Of a stretch of DNA of 61,174 bases, positions 49,220 through 58,386 are shown in pieces. Both the position numbers and the translations under genes were made by a program. Under the pieces are notes generated by a model. It was not told where the DNA came from. It worked only from the letters and a program-made list of their open reading frames with translations, and did not search any database. Every line of letters begins with the position of its first letter. The first letter of the stretch is position 1. The DNA comes from an uncultured Thermoanaerobaculia bacterium (GTDB lineage Bacteria; Acidobacteriota; Thermoanaerobaculia; Thermoanaerobaculales; Sulfomarinibacteraceae). Location of the stretch: NCBI GenBank assembly GCA_964512045.1, contig CAZEJK010000001.1, positions 54,398 through 115,571 of the forward strand, in the 5' to 3' direction.

Positions 49220-50085
49220 AGGACTGCCGAATCCTCATCCGCGGCGCCGGCGAGCTGGCCTCGGCCACGGCGCACCACCTGCGCTCACAGGGGTTCTGGA
49301 GAGTCTTGATGCGTGAGCGGCGTCATCCGAAGGCGGTGCGGCGGCGGGTCTGCTTCTGTGAGGCCGTGTTCGAGGACACCCACGAGGTGGAGGGGGTGGT
49401 GGCCCGCTGCGCACAGTCTCTCGATGAGGTCGAGTCCATTCACGGCCGCGGAGAGATCGCGGTGACCACGCTCGATCTGCACGAGGTCCTCCACCAGTGG
49501 CAGCCCGAGGTGTTCATCGAGGCTGCGATGCTGCACTCCAACTGGGGGTTGACGCCGCAGCTGGCCCCCGTCGTCGTTGCACTGGGGCCCGGATACGTCG
49601 CCGGACAGGACTGTCACGCGGTTGTGGACACCTTTCGCGGGCCGAAGGTCGGCTCGGTACTGGAGTCGAGCGGAGAGGGGCTGGAGACCGAACCGCCAGC
49701 GGACATCATGGGCTTTCGCAAGGAGCGGGTCCTGAAGGCGGCTCGGGACGGCATCTTCTTTACACAGCGTGACATCGGTGACGAGGTGGAGCGCGGGGAG
49801 CGGGTGGGTACCGTGGTCTCGGTGTACGGCGTGGACGATTACCGGCGGGGTGTTCCGGTGGACTCGATCTATGCCGTGACGGCTCGTATCGGTGGGGTGT
49901 TGCGCGGTCTGCTGCGCGACGGCGTACCCGTGTATGCGGGCGACAAGATCGGCGATGTGGATCCTCGTGGTCGAACCGAGGATCTCGATCACATCTCAGA
50001 CAAGGCACACCGCGTCGCGGAGGGTGTTCACGAAGCGCTGGTGAGTCTGCTGTCAGAGCGGGTTGCGAGCCGGCGCGTGGGCTGA
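49216..50085 (+). CDS. yqeB: YqeB-family protein (selenium-dependent molybdenum hydroxylase system accessory protein family)
   Basis: ILIRGAGELASATAHHLRSQGFWRVLMRERRHPKAVRRRVCFCEAVFEDTHEVEGV matches my recollection of the TIGR03309 N-terminal block. ATGA overlap with ridA. Confidence 0.65.
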   Translation: MKDCRILIRGAGELASATAHHLRSQGFWRVLMRERRHPKAVRRRVCFCEAVFEDTHEVEGVVARCAQSLDEVESIHGRGEIAVTTLDLHEVLHQWQPEVFIEAAMLHSNWGLTPQLAPVVVALGPGYVAGQDCHAVVDTFRGPKVGSVLESSGEGLETEPPADIMGFRKERVLKAARDGIFFTQRDIGDEVERGERVGTVVSVYGVDDYRRGVPVDSIYAVTARIGGVLRGLLRDGVPVYAGDKIGDVDPRGRTEDLDHISDKAHRVAEGVHEALVSLLSERVASRRVG

Positions 50086-50123
50086 CATCCCAGCGACCGA
50101 GCCCGTCGACCGGGGACGGTACA

Positions 50124-51002
50124 GTGATGTTGGGTCGGTTCCTGCTCAAGACCCGTCCGTGGGTGCTCGCCCTTGGCGGCGGGGGTGCGCGCGGGTTCGC
50201 CCACATCGGAGTGTTGGCGGGTCTCGAGGAGCGAGGCGTTCGCATCCGTGGTCTTGCCGGCACCAGCATGGGTGCGCTGGTTGCGGCGATGTACCTGGTC
50301 TACGGCTCCGCGCAAGCGGTGCACGACAAGTGGCTGGAGGCGTTCCGCCGTAATCTGCTCATCGAAGTTCCTCAGACAGACTTCGGCGGGGGTGAGAACG
50401 CACGCGACAACCTCCTCTTGCAGGCGGCACGGAGGTTTCGTGATCGGATCGTCATCTCGCTCGCGATGAACCGGTCGAGCATCGTTCAGGCCGAGGACCT
50501 GCAGCGCGCGATCGATCTCCTCATCCCCGACATCCGTATCGAGGACCTCGCCGTGCCGTTGGTGGTGGTCGCGTGCGATCTCGAGACCGGCCGGGAGGTC
50601 CGACTCGCCCGGGGCCCCCTGCGTCCCGCCGTGCAGGCCTCATCCGCGATCCCCGGCCTGGTGCCCGCGGTGAGCTTCAACGGACAGAGGCTCATGGATG
50701 GAGCTGCCGTGGCGGAGGTGCCGGTGGATGCCGCCGCAACACTCGGACGACCGGTCGTTGGGGTGAACGTGTCCCAGGAGCTCGGGCCGGTCCCGCCGTA
50801 CCCGATGGTGATCCACGCCATCCGGAGAGAGCAGCAGATCACGTCGAAGCACCTCCTGCGCCATCACCTCAAAGCGGCCGATCTGGTCATTCGGCCCGAG
50901 GTGCACTCGGCGACGTGGGCAGACTGGGATCGGTTTGAAACGTTTGTGGATCTTGGGAAGCGCTCAGTGGCGCGCGCCCTGGATCGGGTTCCAGCGCGCT
51001 GA
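50124..51002 (+). CDS. Patatin-like phospholipase
   Basis: Oxyanion GGGGARG, nucleophile elbow GTSMG, and a later catalytic Asp region (MDGAAVAEVP). Confidence 0.9.
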   Translation: MMLGRFLLKTRPWVLALGGGGARGFAHIGVLAGLEERGVRIRGLAGTSMGALVAAMYLVYGSAQAVHDKWLEAFRRNLLIEVPQTDFGGGENARDNLLLQAARRFRDRIVISLAMNRSSIVQAEDLQRAIDLLIPDIRIEDLAVPLVVVACDLETGREVRLARGPLRPAVQASSAIPGLVPAVSFNGQRLMDGAAVAEVPVDAAATLGRPVVGVNVSQELGPVPPYPMVIHAIRREQQITSKHLLRHHLKAADLVIRPEVHSATWADWDRFETFVDLGKRSVARALDRVPAR

Positions 51003-52455
51003 AGGTGGCTCGATGCCGCGCCGCGGCCGCGCGAAGTCGATCCCGCCACGTTGCGGAGCTCAAGAGCAGCTCTGTCAGCGGCACCACCTCGATGCCGCGC
51101 ACCTCGAGCTCGTCGAGAAGCTTCGGTAACGCGGTCCAGGAGGGGACCTCCCGACGACTTCCCAGGTGCATGAGCACGATACCGCCGTCGAGATCGGGGA
51201 ACGAAAGCAACCGCTGCACCATCGACTCCGGCTCCTCGTAGATGGAGCTGTGCTCGTCCTCCACCCAGTCCCATGCATCGAGCGAGTGTCCCTCCAGCGT
51301 GCTCCAGCGTGCGTGCAGGTAACCGAGCTCGAACGCCCAGTCGCGGAGCATGGCGTTCTCCTCGCCGTAGGGCGCCCGCCACAGCGGGACCATCGTGGTC
51401 CCGACCCGTTCGCGGAACAGAAGCTCCGCTTCGGTCAGCTGGCGCTGGAAGCCTCCCTTGGAGATCTCGGGGCGCAGCTGATGCCGGCGGTTGCTGGCGT
51501 ACGTCGTGAGGCGAGGGTGGTCGAGGGTGTGGTTGCCAACCTCGTGACCGTCGCGAACCGCCTTTCGTATCAGGGCCGTCTCGCGGCGGATGAAGTCCCC
51601 GGTCAGAAAGAGTGTGGCGCGCACATCTCGGAGCTCGAGGACGTGGAGCAGACCGTTGGCCCCACGGCTGATGGCGCCGCCATCGAAGGTGATGGCGACC
51701 TTGCGCCCGGCGTCGGGCACGCGGAGCAGGTTCGGTGGTGCGGACACGGCGGGTCGGCTGTGCAGAGCCCGGCGAGGGTTTGTGGAGGCTTTGCGTGGCG
51801 ATGTATCGGCAGCCACAGCTGGCTTGGGCGTGGGGCGCGGTGTCGGCCCAGCGGCTGCAGGGGCTCGCCTGCTGCGGCTGGCGACCTGATATGGGACCTC
51901 TGTGGACGGCCCGAGCAGGGAGGCACTGATGCTACCGGACTCGGCCATCTGGCTCCCCTCGACGACGATGGTGGCCCAGCCAGCGGCGGAAAGGGCAACC
52001 ACCTCGAGCACAGCTCCGTCGATGCTGATCAGCACTTGGCGCCCGGGTGGCCCGGAGAGCTTCACGGACCACTCGGTACTCCCACTGCCCTCGACTGCGA
52101 CGGTGAGCGGCTCGCCTGGCTCATCAGCGGGAGGAGTGTGCGAGGTCCCTTGAGCTGGGGGCGGTTCGAAGCGCTGTAGCTGGGGCGCGACGAGGATCGA
52201 GACGGCGACGAACGACGCGAGAAGGGTGGCCCCGATCAGACCGAACGACCACTGCGACGCGACCGGTCGGCGCAGGACCATTCGGATCGGCCGCAGGACA
52301 TGGGCGCGGCACCAGCACAGCGGACCGCAGCACACCTCATCGCGCCACCGTACTCCGCAGCGGTTGCACAGCCAGTGTCCACAGCCCGAGCACTGACTCG
52401 TGGCGGGACACGACGGGTGGACGTGGCAGCGGTGGTTGGAGGACGCTGTGGACAT
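50887..52455 (-). CDS. Membrane-anchored polysaccharide deacetylase (NodB domain) with a cytoplasmic Cys-rich zinc-ribbon N-terminus
   Basis: Start at MSTASSNHRCHVHPSC...CSGCGHWLCNRCG (ATG 52455). One TM span. NodB motifs ITFDGG, HEVGNHTLDHP, LWRAPYG and IVLMHLG. The 3' end overlaps the patatin gene by 116 nt. Confidence 0.82.
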   Translation of the reverse strand: MSTASSNHRCHVHPSCPATSQCSGCGHWLCNRCGVRWRDEVCCGPLCWCRAHVLRPIRMVLRRPVASQWSFGLIGATLLASFVAVSILVAPQLQRFEPPPAQGTSHTPPADEPGEPLTVAVEGSGSTEWSVKLSGPPGRQVLISIDGAVLEVVALSAAGWATIVVEGSQMAESGSISASLLGPSTEVPYQVASRSRRAPAAAGPTPRPTPKPAVAADTSPRKASTNPRRALHSRPAVSAPPNLLRVPDAGRKVAITFDGGAISRGANGLLHVLELRDVRATLFLTGDFIRRETALIRKAVRDGHEVGNHTLDHPRLTTYASNRRHQLRPEISKGGFQRQLTEAELLFRERVGTTMVPLWRAPYGEENAMLRDWAFELGYLHARWSTLEGHSLDAWDWVEDEHSSIYEEPESMVQRLLSFPDLDGGIVLMHLGSRREVPSWTALPKLLDELEVRGIEVVPLTELLLSSATWRDRLRAAAARHRATFSALEPDPGRAPLSASQDPQTFQTDPSLPTSPSAPRAE

Positions 52456-52477
52456 CAGTGATGCCGGCCAATAGAAT
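52449..52477 (+). promoter_or_regulatory. Candidate sigma70 promoter TGGACA-17 nt-TAGAAT for pgsA
   Basis: TGGACA at 52449-52454 and TAGAAT at 52472-52477. GAGGGAGG precedes ATG 52558. Confidence 0.55.
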
Positions 52478-52557
52478 CGTCGAGCCGTACGCCCGGCGTC
52501 GTGCTGGCGTTGTGCGTTCTTCCCCCGGTGGCGATGGGATGACGAGGGAGGCCGCCC

Positions 52558-53103
52558 ATGTGGAACGTGCCGAACATGCTGACGAGTCTTCGCATCTTCC
52601 TGGTGCCGTTGTTGGTCGTCGTGTTGCTGACTGAGTTCCCAGACAAGGAGTTCTGGGGGCTCGGGATCTTCCTGGTGGCCGCGTTCACCGACCTGATGGA
52701 TGGAATTATAGCTCGCCGGACCCGTCAGATCACGGTCACCGGGGCGTTGCTCGATCCGATCGCGGACAAGCTGCTGATGGGAGCGGCGTTCATCTCTCTG
52801 GTGGAGCTCGGCCTCGCGCCGTCCTGGATGGTGACGGTGATCGTCGGACGCGAGTTTGCAGTGTCTGGATTGCGGATGATCGCCCTGGAGCGTCGTGGTG
52901 TCGCGGTCTCGGCGTCGATCTGGGGAAAGGCGAAGACAGGCGCCCAGGTCGTGGCGGTTGCCCTGCTCATTCTTGGTGAGCAGCTGGGCCGTTGGCAGCT
53001 GGTCGGTGTCATGGCGTTGTGGCTGGCACTGGCCCTGACGGTGGCGTCGATGGTGGTGTACTTCGTCAACTGTTGGCCGTATCTGCAGGAGGACGACAGT
53101 TGA
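52558..53103 (+). CDS. pgsA: CDP-diacylglycerol--glycerol-3-phosphate 3-phosphatidyltransferase
   Basis: NMLTSLRIFLVPL and the CDP-alcohol motif DLMDGIIARRTRQITVTGALLDPIADK. Confidence 0.9.
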   Translation: MWNVPNMLTSLRIFLVPLLVVVLLTEFPDKEFWGLGIFLVAAFTDLMDGIIARRTRQITVTGALLDPIADKLLMGAAFISLVELGLAPSWMVTVIVGREFAVSGLRMIALERRGVAVSASIWGKAKTGAQVVAVALLILGEQLGRWQLVGVMALWLALALTVASMVVYFVNCWPYLQEDDS

Positions 53104-55628
53104 GCGGCAGAGTCCTGCCGCGTTTCCTGCCGCGCTGGCTGGTGGGAGTGGCCGTACGCTGGCCGAAGACGGTCCTCGCTGCAGCAGCGATCGTGATGGT
53201 TGTCGCGATCGCTGTGGCCTCACGGGTGTCCATCGAGACTGACATCCTCGCTCTTGTCCCCGAGGAGAACCCGGTCGTGCAGGCGTTCACCGAGAATATC
53301 GAGCGGTTCGGATCGCTCGATCTGCTCGTTCTGGTGGTCCATGTGGACCCCCAGCGGCGAGACGCGAGCCTCGCATACGCTGACCAGCTCGCCCAGGAGC
53401 TGGATCGCTCGGAGCGTATCGAGTGGGTCGAGCACCGGATGAGCTCGCCGATCGAGGCGGCGGTGCCGCTGCTCGATCGTGCGACCCTGTTCCTCACCCC
53501 GGAGGAGGTCGAGAGCCTCCTCGATCGCCTCGGCTCGGAGGGGCTCAACAGGCAGGCGCACAGGCTCCGCCAGAATCTGATCGCTCCTCAAGGGTTGGTG
53601 GTGGAGGAGCTCCTGCGATCCGATCCTCTCCTGCTCCTTCCAGAGCTGCTCGAGCGCTTCGGCGCGTCGCGATTCGGGAGTCAGCTCAACACCAGCTCCG
53701 GGTACTTTATGGATCGAAAGGGGGAGCTGCTGCTCATCCTCGCACGGCCCGTCCGCCCGGTCACCGATATCGTCTTCGGGCGCGCCCTGCTTCAGGAGAT
53801 GCCGAAGATTCAGGAGACGGCGGCTGAAGAGTGGCGGCGCGAGGGGTGGACCGGCGCGCTGCCGACGGTGGAGGTGGGTGGCAGCTACATGATTGCCCGT
53901 GAGGACACGCGGCTGATCGTGTCGGACGTGGTGGTCGGCCTGGTGGGCTCGATGCTGGGCGTGATGACCCTGTTTCTGGTAGCGTTTCGGCGTCCTGCGG
54001 CACTGCTGTACGCCGTCGTGCCGTTGCTCATGGGCCTGGCGCTCACCTTTGCCTTCGCTGCCGTCGTGCTCGGCCGGCTCAACTCGGTCACGTCTGGCTT
54101 TGCAGCCCTCCTCATCGGGCTCGGGATCGATTTCATCATCGTTCTGTACGGCAGATACGTCGAGGAGCGACGGCAAGGCGTGGAGCACTCGCGGGCCATT
54201 GCCTCGGTGGCGCAGCATACCGGGAGCAGTGTGCTCCTCGGTGCAGTGACCACGGCGGCCACCTTCTACGCGTTCCTCGGAACCGAGTTCCGGGGACTGT
54301 CGGAGCTCGGGCTGATCACCGGCACCGGCATTCTGCTGGTGATGGTATCGGTCTTCCTGCTGCTGACAGCGCTCCTGTCGTTGACAGGGCGAGGTCGGGA
54401 GACGTTCGGTGAGCGGCTGTACCTGCACTCGTTCGGCTCCGATATGCTGTGTCGGCTGAGTGTGGCGCACCCGTGGACGGTGGTGGGAGTCATCACGGTG
54501 CTCACAGTCGGTGCGGGCTTCGCGGCGGCTCAGCTGGACTTCGACGACGACATTCGCAACCTGCGCTCGCCCGGCAACCGGGGCGTCATCCTGCAACACA
54601 AGATCATGGATGCCTTCGGACTGCGGTTCAGCCCGATGACGTTGGTAGTGGATGGTGCGAACGAGCATGATGCGGTGGAGCGAGCGAGGGAGCTGGTTGC
54701 CGAGCTGAAGCCGCTGGTGGACGGTCAGACCCTGGCCTCCATCGACACCATCGTCGAGATGATCCCGCCCAGATCGCAGCAGCTGGAGGTCATCGAGCTT
54801 CTGCGCGCGGCCGGGGTGAAGAGGGAGCAGTTTGAGCAGCGGTTCGCGCAGGCGTTGCAGGCAGCGGGATTGAACCCTGCAGGCTTTCGTGACGGTTTGG
54901 AGCACGCAGCGAACGCGCTGACTGTCGAGGAGCCGCTGACACTCGCCGATCTCCTGGGCTCGCCACTGCGGTACGTCATCGAGCGGTATGTGGCAACGAC
55001 GCCAGATGGCGTGTCGACGGTGATCTACTGCTTTCCACCCACCGGTCAGTGGCGGCGGATGGCGCCGCCTGAGCTCGAGGCGGTGGTCGATCGCCATCCA
55101 CATGCGACGTTGTCCGGACCGAACATCATCTCCGCCGAGCTGCGCCGACTGGTGTGGAGCGACGCGGCCGAGGCCGCGGCGTTGGGGATGCTGCTTGTGC
55201 TCCTGCTGCTGTGGGCGGACCTCGGCAGTCTGACGCGTGGGCTTCTCGCGCTCGTGCCGCTCCTGGTGGGCGCCGTGTGGATGTTCGGCCTGATGACCCT
55301 GCTCGGGATCCAGATGAACTTCCTGAACATCTTCGTCGTGACGATGGTGATCGGCATCGGTGTGGACTACGGGGTGCATCTGCTCCATCGGTGGTCGGAG
55401 GCGAACGCCGAGGGCGCCGCGGAGACTGCCAAGGCGATTGCCGTGGCGGCGTTGACCACCATGGTCGGCTTCGGCTCGCTGGTGCTCTCCCACTACCCGG
55501 GTCTGCGGTCGATGGGGGCGGCGGCGATCCTCGGCGCCGGGGCGACAGCGGTGCTCTCGATCACCCTGCTTCCCGCACTCCTTGCGCTTGCCGATCGGCG
55601 TGGGCGGAGGCGAAGTGGTTCGCTATGA
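53100..55628 (+). CDS. MMPL/RND-superfamily membrane transporter (HpnN-like)
   Basis: Two 6-TM bundles, each preceded by a large soluble loop. Duplicated GxGxD(F/Y)xI(V/H)L motifs (GLGIDFIIVLYGRY and GIGVDYGVHLLHRW). TTG start overlaps the pgsA stop; the start is uncertain. Confidence 0.8.
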   Translation: MSGRVLPRFLPRWLVGVAVRWPKTVLAAAAIVMVVAIAVASRVSIETDILALVPEENPVVQAFTENIERFGSLDLLVLVVHVDPQRRDASLAYADQLAQELDRSERIEWVEHRMSSPIEAAVPLLDRATLFLTPEEVESLLDRLGSEGLNRQAHRLRQNLIAPQGLVVEELLRSDPLLLLPELLERFGASRFGSQLNTSSGYFMDRKGELLLILARPVRPVTDIVFGRALLQEMPKIQETAAEEWRREGWTGALPTVEVGGSYMIAREDTRLIVSDVVVGLVGSMLGVMTLFLVAFRRPAALLYAVVPLLMGLALTFAFAAVVLGRLNSVTSGFAALLIGLGIDFIIVLYGRYVEERRQGVEHSRAIASVAQHTGSSVLLGAVTTAATFYAFLGTEFRGLSELGLITGTGILLVMVSVFLLLTALLSLTGRGRETFGERLYLHSFGSDMLCRLSVAHPWTVVGVITVLTVGAGFAAAQLDFDDDIRNLRSPGNRGVILQHKIMDAFGLRFSPMTLVVDGANEHDAVERARELVAELKPLVDGQTLASIDTIVEMIPPRSQQLEVIELLRAAGVKREQFEQRFAQALQAAGLNPAGFRDGLEHAANALTVEEPLTLADLLGSPLRYVIERYVATTPDGVSTVIYCFPPTGQWRRMAPPELEAVVDRHPHATLSGPNIISAELRRLVWSDAAEAAALGMLLVLLLLWADLGSLTRGLLALVPLLVGAVWMFGLMTLLGIQMNFLNIFVVTMVIGIGVDYGVHLLHRWSEANAEGAAETAKAIAVAALTTMVGFGSLVLSHYPGLRSMGAAAILGAGATAVLSITLLPALLALADRRGRRRSGSL

Positions 55629-55732
55629 TGACAACCGAGCCCACCGTCGACTGCGGCGACCTGGTCTGAGTGTCAGCGCGAGGCGATGCGCGAGTTGCCA
55701 GCGTGCGAGCGGCGGGTGGCAGAGGAGGGACT

Positions 55733-58216
55733 ATGGTGCGCGAGCTTGAGGCCCGTGAGCTGAGGTGGGTCGTTCCGGAGGACTGGCTGGCAGTGACCAG
55801 CTCGAGCGAGCTGGGCAAGGGGCCGCCGATCGTCGGCCAGGACCGGGCGGTGGATGCGATCCGGTTCGGCCTCGCAATGGACGGGCTCGGGTACAACATC
55901 TTCATCACCGGGCTTTCCGGAACCGGTCGCCTGACGACCGTGAAGCGGTTCTTGGAAGATGTGTGCACGAGCGACGGGAAGCCGGACGACATCTGCTTCG
56001 TCTACAGCTTCGTCAAGCCGTCGCAACCGTCCGTGCTGATGCTCGATGCGGGTGCGGGAAGACGGCTGCGAGAGGCGATGGGCGAGACGGTTCGCGAGCT
56101 CCGCGACAGTATTCCCAAGGTCTTGTCTGATAGCGATTTTCAGGCCCGGGTCGACCGTGCTCTGGGGGATCTGAGGACCGCCGAGAAGGAGCTGGTCTCC
56201 GGGTTCGAGAACGAGGTCCGCGAGGCCGGGTTCACGCTGGTGGAGGTGCAGCAGGGGATGATGGCGAGACCCGATATCCTGCCGGTTGTGGCCGGCGAGC
56301 CGGTGCCACTGGAGAAGCTCGAGGCAGCGCGGGTCGAGGGTGCGGTGGATCCCGAGCAGATCGACGCCTTCCGAGAGGCGTATGAGCAGCTGTCTGTTCG
56401 CATGCGTGAGGTGTTCCAGAAGGTGGCAGATCTTCGTCGGCAGATGCAGGAGCGAGTCTACGAGGTTCGGCGTCATGTTTTGCAGCCGCTTTTGGATGAG
56501 GCCGTCGATCGGGTGCGGCGCGCGACCGACGAACCACGGGCGAACGACTACCTGGATGCGGTTCGCGATGACCTCGAGGACAACCTGGACGCCTTTGGCG
56601 CGAGCTCATCCGAGGACTCTGACAGTGACCCGTATCTCCGCTGGAGGGTCAACCTCGTGGTTGACAATGCCGATACCCAGGGGCGGCCCGTCGTGCTGGA
56701 GACCGAGCCGAACTACGTCAACCTGTTCGGGTCGGTGGAACGGACGTTGAAGCAGAGCGGCGAGGTGGTCTCTGACTTCACGAGGATTCGGGCGGGGTCA
56801 CTGCTGGCAGCCAACGGTGGGTTTCTCGTCCTCAACGCCGATGACGTTCTGATGGAACCGCGGGTCTGGCCGTCCTTGAAGCGGGCTTTGAAGTACCGCC
56901 GGGCCAGGATCCAGTCGATCGAGAGCCTGCTCATGGGCGCCGGGCTGCTCCAGCCGGAAGAGGTTCCCCTCGATGTCAAGGTGGTCGTGATCGGAGATCG
57001 GCGCATCTACGACCTGCTGTATCGCATGGACAGCGATTTCGCCAAGATCTACAAGGTGCTGGCCGACTTCGACTCGGTGATGCCGATTGACGAAGGCGCC
57101 GTCCATGAGTTTCTCTCGGTGCTGGTCAAGGTGATCGACGAGGAAGAGCTTCTGGCCGTTGACCGCTCTGGGCTCGCGGCGATGCTCGAGGTGGGTGTTC
57201 GCCAGGCGCCGGGGCGGCGACGGTTGTCGAGCCGGTTCTCAGATGTTTGCGATGTGCTTCGGGAGGCGTCGTATCGTGCGCGCAACGATGGGGCCGAGCA
57301 GATCTCCCGTGCCCACGTCGACGGTGCGGTGGATGCTCAGCTTCGGCGGCACTCTCTGACCGAGGACAAGATGCATGAACGCCTGGTCGAGGGCGTGATC
57401 CACGTGGCGACCTCGGGTCGAGAGGTGGGTCAGGTCAACGGGCTGGCGGTTTATGATCTCGGCCACCACAGGTTTGGCAAGCCCTCCCGGATCAGTGCGC
57501 GGATCGGTCTGGGCCGTGATGGCGTGGTCAACATCGAGCGACAGGCAGGCCTGTCGGGTCCCACGCATGACAAGGGCGTACAGATCTTGACCGGACTCTT
57601 GCGCGGTCTGTTCGCCCAGCGGACGCCCATGAACATGAGCTGCTCGATCACCTTCGAGCAATCCTACGGGAGCATCGATGGCGACTCGGCCTCGTCCACG
57701 GAGGTGTACGCCATCCTGTCTGCCCTGTCGGGTGTGCCGCTGCGCCAGGATGTCGCAGTCACTGGATCGGTCGATCAGTACGGTCGGATCCAGGCGATTG
57801 GCGGTGCGAACGAGAAGATCGAAGGGTTCTTCCGGCTGTGTGCAGAACGCGGGCTGACCGGGACGCAGGGTGTCCTGCTGCCGAGCACGAACGTGGGCGA
57901 TCTCCAGCTCCGTCAGGAGGTCGTGGAGGCTGTGGAGCGAGGAGACTTTCGCATCTGGGAGGTGGACACCATCGACCAGGGCGTGGAGCTGCTGACGGGT
58001 GTGCCGGCAGGATCGATGGATGACGATGGAGGCTACCCGGAGGGAACGGTCTTCGGTCGGTGTCTGGCCCGTCTGGAGGAGATGGCACGGCAGATGCGGC
58101 AGGCCGGGAAGTCTGCGGAGAACGACGCCACTGCTGAAGGCGAGGATGACGAGGAGCCGGCGGAGGATCGAGGCTCAGACAAAAATCCGGAGACATCGTC
58201 TGTGGGTGTGTGGTGA
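55733..58216 (+). CDS. Lon-like protease (AAA-like domain + S16 Lon proteolytic domain), LonC/LonB-like
   Basis: GAGGAGG precedes ATG 55733. The P-loop reads ITGLSGTGRLT, with Arg where Walker A normally has Lys. Protease Ser/Lys dyad context is DGDSASSTEVYAILSAL and AIGGANEKIEGF. Confidence 0.85.
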   Translation: MVRELEARELRWVVPEDWLAVTSSSELGKGPPIVGQDRAVDAIRFGLAMDGLGYNIFITGLSGTGRLTTVKRFLEDVCTSDGKPDDICFVYSFVKPSQPSVLMLDAGAGRRLREAMGETVRELRDSIPKVLSDSDFQARVDRALGDLRTAEKELVSGFENEVREAGFTLVEVQQGMMARPDILPVVAGEPVPLEKLEAARVEGAVDPEQIDAFREAYEQLSVRMREVFQKVADLRRQMQERVYEVRRHVLQPLLDEAVDRVRRATDEPRANDYLDAVRDDLEDNLDAFGASSSEDSDSDPYLRWRVNLVVDNADTQGRPVVLETEPNYVNLFGSVERTLKQSGEVVSDFTRIRAGSLLAANGGFLVLNADDVLMEPRVWPSLKRALKYRRARIQSIESLLMGAGLLQPEEVPLDVKVVVIGDRRIYDLLYRMDSDFAKIYKVLADFDSVMPIDEGAVHEFLSVLVKVIDEEELLAVDRSGLAAMLEVGVRQAPGRRRLSSRFSDVCDVLREASYRARNDGAEQISRAHVDGAVDAQLRRHSLTEDKMHERLVEGVIHVATSGREVGQVNGLAVYDLGHHRFGKPSRISARIGLGRDGVVNIERQAGLSGPTHDKGVQILTGLLRGLFAQRTPMNMSCSITFEQSYGSIDGDSASSTEVYAILSALSGVPLRQDVAVTGSVDQYGRIQAIGGANEKIEGFFRLCAERGLTGTQGVLLPSTNVGDLQLRQEVVEAVERGDFRIWEVDTIDQGVELLTGVPAGSMDDDGGYPEGTVFGRCLARLEEMARQMRQAGKSAENDATAEGEDDEEPAEDRGSDKNPETSSVGVW

Positions 58217-58291
58217 CCGTTGAGATGAGTCGTTTCGTGTCGGGCCGTAGGTCGGGGAACGGATGGCGCAGCGCGTCTGCGGCGTGCCGGT

Positions 58292-58320
58292 TTGACACGG
58301 TTGTCTGAAGCTGTCAGAAT
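58292..58320 (+). promoter_or_regulatory. Candidate sigma70 promoter TTGACA-17 nt-CAGAAT for the M23 peptidase gene
   Basis: Perfect -35 at 58292-58297 and CAGAAT at 58315-58320. Confidence 0.5.
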
Positions 58321-58386
58321 CCACCTGGCGCGGTACCGCACCAGGGAGTCGTGCTGTGTGAGATGGAGGAGGAGGTCGGTGGACCT

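Noticed and set aside
50124-51002. Patatin as a CBASS-type effector.
   Set aside because: No CD-NTase or cyclase, E1/E2 or other signalling genes are nearby. The context is lipid and envelope metabolism (pgsA, MMPL).
52456-53223. Upstream extension of the 778-aa track ORF 50887-53223 (minus).
   Set aside because: It is antisense to pgsA and has a nonsense composition. The real deacetylase starts at ATG 52455, just before its zinc-ribbon.
55733-58216. Lon-like protease as a BREX BrxL-type defence component.
   Set aside because: No PglZ, BrxC, methyltransferase or other BREX genes are adjacent. The neighbours are envelope and housekeeping genes.
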